Shown one piece after another: positions 29,090 to 32,000 of a stretch of 32,000 nucleotides of DNA (the first letter of the stretch is position 1; the number at the start of each line of letters is the position of its first letter). The notes beneath the pieces are model-generated. The model was not told the origin of the DNA, searched no databases, and saw only the letters and a list, made by a program, of their open reading frames with translations. Both the position numbers and the translations under genes were made by a program. Source of the stretch: Candidatus Saccharimonadota bacterium (GTDB lineage: Bacteria > Patescibacteriota > Gracilibacteria > Absconditabacterales > Absconditicoccaceae). The stretch covers positions 240,001 through 272,000 of the forward strand of contig OZ246420.1 of assembly GCA_965231145.1 (NCBI GenBank), given 5' to 3'.

Positions 29090-29540
29090 CTGATCTGATC
29101 GCTCAGATTGACTTGCGCATCGGATGAGTTGTTAAGGCCCATGCAATGGTATACATTTGATAGTCGTGCTAAAAAAGTAGTTAGACTTCTCTAGTAGAGG
29201 CATTATCACGTAGTATACGAACCACCTACGTTTTAAGGGTAGTGGGTATCTAGTTTTTAAGGCTAGATTTGAGGCATTTATCTACAGTGAAGTAGATAAC
29301 GTGTAGCATGATTTCTATCTTTCTCCCTAAGAGAGACACTGTCGTGTAGAGCCAAGCTCGCAGATTCGAGTGAGGGGTTTGTGTCCTCAGAAATCGAAAG
29401 TGGTCTGATATACCCTTGGTACAGACGATAGACTACTCTAAAGTACGTGTAGAAGGTTTTATGTATATCATATACATAGCAGTGCCTGTCTTAGGAAGAA
29501 AAATATGTGTATTTTTCTTCTTCTCGTGGAGACAGAGAGA
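29090..29540. other. stop-dense, hairpin-rich non-coding segment; candidate structured RNA or long leader
   Basis: No frame stays open beyond about 50 codons even with TGA as sense. Hairpins lie at 29093-29108, 29248-29268, 29278-29299 (perfect 8 bp), 29460-29478 and 29495-29520 (11 bp), with an outer stem 29486-29491/29530-29535. Confidence 0.3.
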
Positions 29541-29755
29541 CATGTGAAAGAACTTATTGCGTATTTATTATATACCTGAGTGTCGGATTTGTCAAATTTT
29601 TACGCTTCTCATTTTATAGTAGTCATACTGCTTATACACATTATATCATTTTTTCTTGTTTTTTGGCTTTTAATAGCCTGTTTGCTTGCTATAAAATCTT
29701 GATATGGCAGCATTTTTTTTTATTACTTAGTTCTTAGTATATAACACAATGGAAT

Positions 29756-32000
29756 ATGAAGATAAGTAAGCCATCAACTTTCTTCGGTCGGGCATCATTA
29801 GGTGTTTACTGTTTTCAAATATTTTTTGCGCTACTCATTACTGTCATGCCGAGTATGACAGAAAAGGCATATGCAGCCGTACCGTCGCCTATGTACTTAC
29901 TAAAGTTTAATTATGACTTCTATGATTATTCTCGTAACGAAAGGCATGGTGTTCCTGGTGCGACAGCAACTATTATTACTGATCCTACTCGCGGTAAGGT
30001 GTTAAATCTCAATGGTACTGCCAATACAAGTGTAGTGACGATACAGAACACTCTGCCAGCAAGCTATACAAAAGCTGCGTGGGTAAAATTTGGTACAACC
30101 AATAATGGCTCATATAGTATTTTATCAAATGGAACAACACCTTCTTCAAGTCCAGATTTTTTTTGGGTCTCCACTGGCACATATGGATGATCAGCTATCC
30201 TGGGTCTCAAGGCTGGTCCTATAACGGCTGGTAATAATGCAGTGTGGAGTACAGGAGCATTTCCTACAAATACTTGGACGCATGTCGCAGTTACTTTCGA
30301 TGGTTCTACTAAACAGTACAGACTCTATCAAAGTGGTGTGTTAGTCGGCCTGGCTACCGGTACTTCTTCGCATGCAAGTACTGCTCAGGCTATTGGAGCT
30401 TATGCGACTACTCCTTCTGCAAATACCTTTAATTGGACAGGACAGTTAGACGATGTTCAGTTGTGGGATAGTGTATTAACAGAGGCTCAGATAGGAGAGG
30501 TTATGAATCAAAATAATGGCGATGGTGTCACTCCTGCTGTTCCTGATTTCCCTACATCACTAGAAGCTTTTGCATACGATGCCAATGCCGTTTATCTTAC
30601 TTGGACTGGGGTGGGAGCTACACCAGTAGTAACAGACTATCAGATAGAGTATAAGATAAACACAGGTTCTACTTGGAACGTATTTTCTGATTCGGTGAGT
30701 ACAAGTACGACAGGGCTTGTGACGTGATTGATCAACAATCTTGTCTATGATTTCAGAGTGTCGGCTATCAATGCTAGCGGAACGTGACTTCCAAGCACTG
30801 TAGTGTCGTGAACTGCAGTACCCTTACCGGAGCCACAATTTCTTCTTCGTTTTGAAGACACATATGACGATGTTTCGTCTCATGCAAATCACGGTACTGC
30901 TACAGGAGCAATAGCAATAGTTACTGATGGAATCCGTGGCAAGGTAGCTCGTTTTATTGGTTCTATAGGTAATTATGTGACTGTTAATGTTCCCTTGGGA
31001 ACGACAGGATTTACCAAGGCGGCATGGATATATATTCCAGTTGGTACAACTATGAGTGCTCGTAATATTATCTCGAATAGCCCGTATGGAGGAAGTAACT
31101 CCAGCTTTCTTTGGGTAGATAGTTCAAAATTACAAGTTGGTCATTTCTCAGGAGCCGCGGCTCCGATCTTTGCTGCTGACCCTGCTAATATGACTTCGGG
31201 ATCCTGGGCGCATGTTGCTGTAACTTATCAGCCAGCATTGAAAAAATATATGCTTTATAGAAATGGAGCGCTTGTTGCCAGTGGCTATTCTATTCAAAAT
31301 CCAAATCCAAGTACAGGAACTATTATCTGAGCATATAATACAACCGCTGTTACATTTTCTGGATTTATGGATGATGTTGAAATGTGGAATAGCGCATTAA
31401 CTCCTGCTCAGATTCAATTAGTCTATGAGGGTAATACGTGAGTTCCGGTAGGCGTACCAGTTGCTCCTGCTAATTTTACTGGTACTACAGCAAGTAGTAA
31501 TAAAGCTACGTTAATCTGGTCGTGAGTGTCAGCTATTTTACCGGTAACTGACTATCAAATAGAGTATAAAATCAGTACCTGATCAACGTGGACGGTCTTT
31601 TCTGATGGAGTAAATACAGGTACAAGTGTCGTTGTTACAGGTCTGACGACCAATCTCTCATATGATTTTAGAGTGGCAGCGGTCAATTCTGCTGGTACTG
31701 GAGCAGTGACAAATGTTGTATCTCTCTCGCCAATTGTTGTTTCTGTGCCTCAGCCTCAATTTCTCCTGGGATTTGAAGGAAATTATGAAGATATGTCTAT
31801 CAATAGAAACAATGGAATAGCGACATGAACGCTTCCCATTATTACCGATGGCACTCGTGGGAAAGTAGTCAATATCAATGGTGTTGTAGGTAATTATGTT
31901 TGATTAAATGCCTCTCTCAATGTTTCGGGATTTACCAAAGCTGCATGGGTATATGTGGTGCCTGGTACGAATGTGGCTGCGCGTAATATATTGTCCAATG
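29756..32000 (+). CDS. giant secreted/surface protein with repeated LamG-like (Laminin_G_3) + fibronectin type III modules, 5' partial (at least 748 codons, about 10 TGA-Gly)
   Basis: ORFs 29756-30190, 30242-30727 and 30977-31330 share one frame and are joined by TGA. There is an N-terminal signal/TM (GVYCFQIFFALLITVMP). LamG_3 hallmarks are WTHVAVTFDG..YRLYQSG and LDDVQLWDSVLTEAQI. The Fn3 hallmark is VTDYQIEYKI..GL..YDFRVSAINASGTG. The module period is about 910 nt and the frame is still open at the window end. Confidence 0.85.

Noticed and set aside
29090-29540. Known RNAs in the large gap: tmRNA, RNase P RNA, SRP RNA, a TPP riboswitch, or a tRNA-Gly(UCA)
   Set aside because: There is no T-arm or acceptor-like GGTTCGA..CCA element on either strand. 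There is no GGAAAGUCC (RNase P) or SRP GGAAGCAG-type motif. CCTGATCTG at 29089-29097 resembles part of the TPP element, but the CUGAGA and GGGGUGC parts are absent. I had only eye inspection, so an Rfam scan is still needed.
29277-29641. Replication origin (DnaA-box-like TTATCTACA at 29278-29286, its inverted partner at 29292-29299, TTATACACA around 29633, and an AT-rich stretch at 29560-29750)
   Set aside because: There are only two or three one-mismatch boxes, two of which are simply the arms of one hairpin. There is no dnaA/dnaN context and no clustered array. The evidence is insufficient.
29507-29737. ORF-track ORF 29507-29737 (+), 76 aa, as a small membrane protein
   Set aside because: It starts at GTG inside an 11-bp hairpin. 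The translation is Phe/Ser/Cys/Leu-rich, as expected from T-rich non-coding DNA, and there is no supporting signal.
29880-32000. Repeated DNA at the right end as a CRISPR array or satellite
   Set aside because: The repeat period is about 910 nt. The repeats are in frame and encode LamG and Fn3 domains. They are divergent coding modules, not short direct repeats with spacers.

Overview
This window comes from a bacterium that reads UGA as glycine (translation table 25, as in Gracilibacteria/Absconditabacteria-type CPR lineages). Under the standard code most genes look shattered. When TGA is read as Gly, the ORF-track fragments join into about 38 intact CDS that all end in TAA or TAG. In-frame TGA falls on invariant Gly positions in ProRS, FtsH, RlmE, Obg and a SAM methyltransferase. 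It also aligns with GGN codons in paralogous genes and repeats inside the window. tRNA-Trp here carries anticodon CCA, which argues against UGA=Trp. Content: housekeeping genes are proS, ftsH, rlmE, der, ybaB, tig, rlmH, obg, csaA, tRNA-Lys and tRNA-Trp. Small membrane and redox proteins are a BI-1 family protein, DoxX, a flavodoxin-like oxidoreductase and a DUF2231-like protein. There is also a MOP-type flippase and two tandem MTH1-like NUDIX genes. An accessory block at 21.6-26.1 kb holds three wHTH regulator-like genes, a SAM methyltransferase and two AdoMetDC-like paralogs. At the right edge is the 5' part of a giant LamG-Fn3 modular surface protein. Items worth a second look: the recoding itself and its very uneven use between genes; two ORF pairs fused only through a TGA; an anomalous 819-nt stop-dense, hairpin-rich non-coding gap (28937-29755) upstream of the giant surface protein gene; a family of TAGAT-rich palindromic intergenic elements (3 copies); and the AdoMetDC-like pair, in which one copy lacks the catalytic-type Cys. 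I could not identify any known defence system, CRISPR array, transposase or rRNA.
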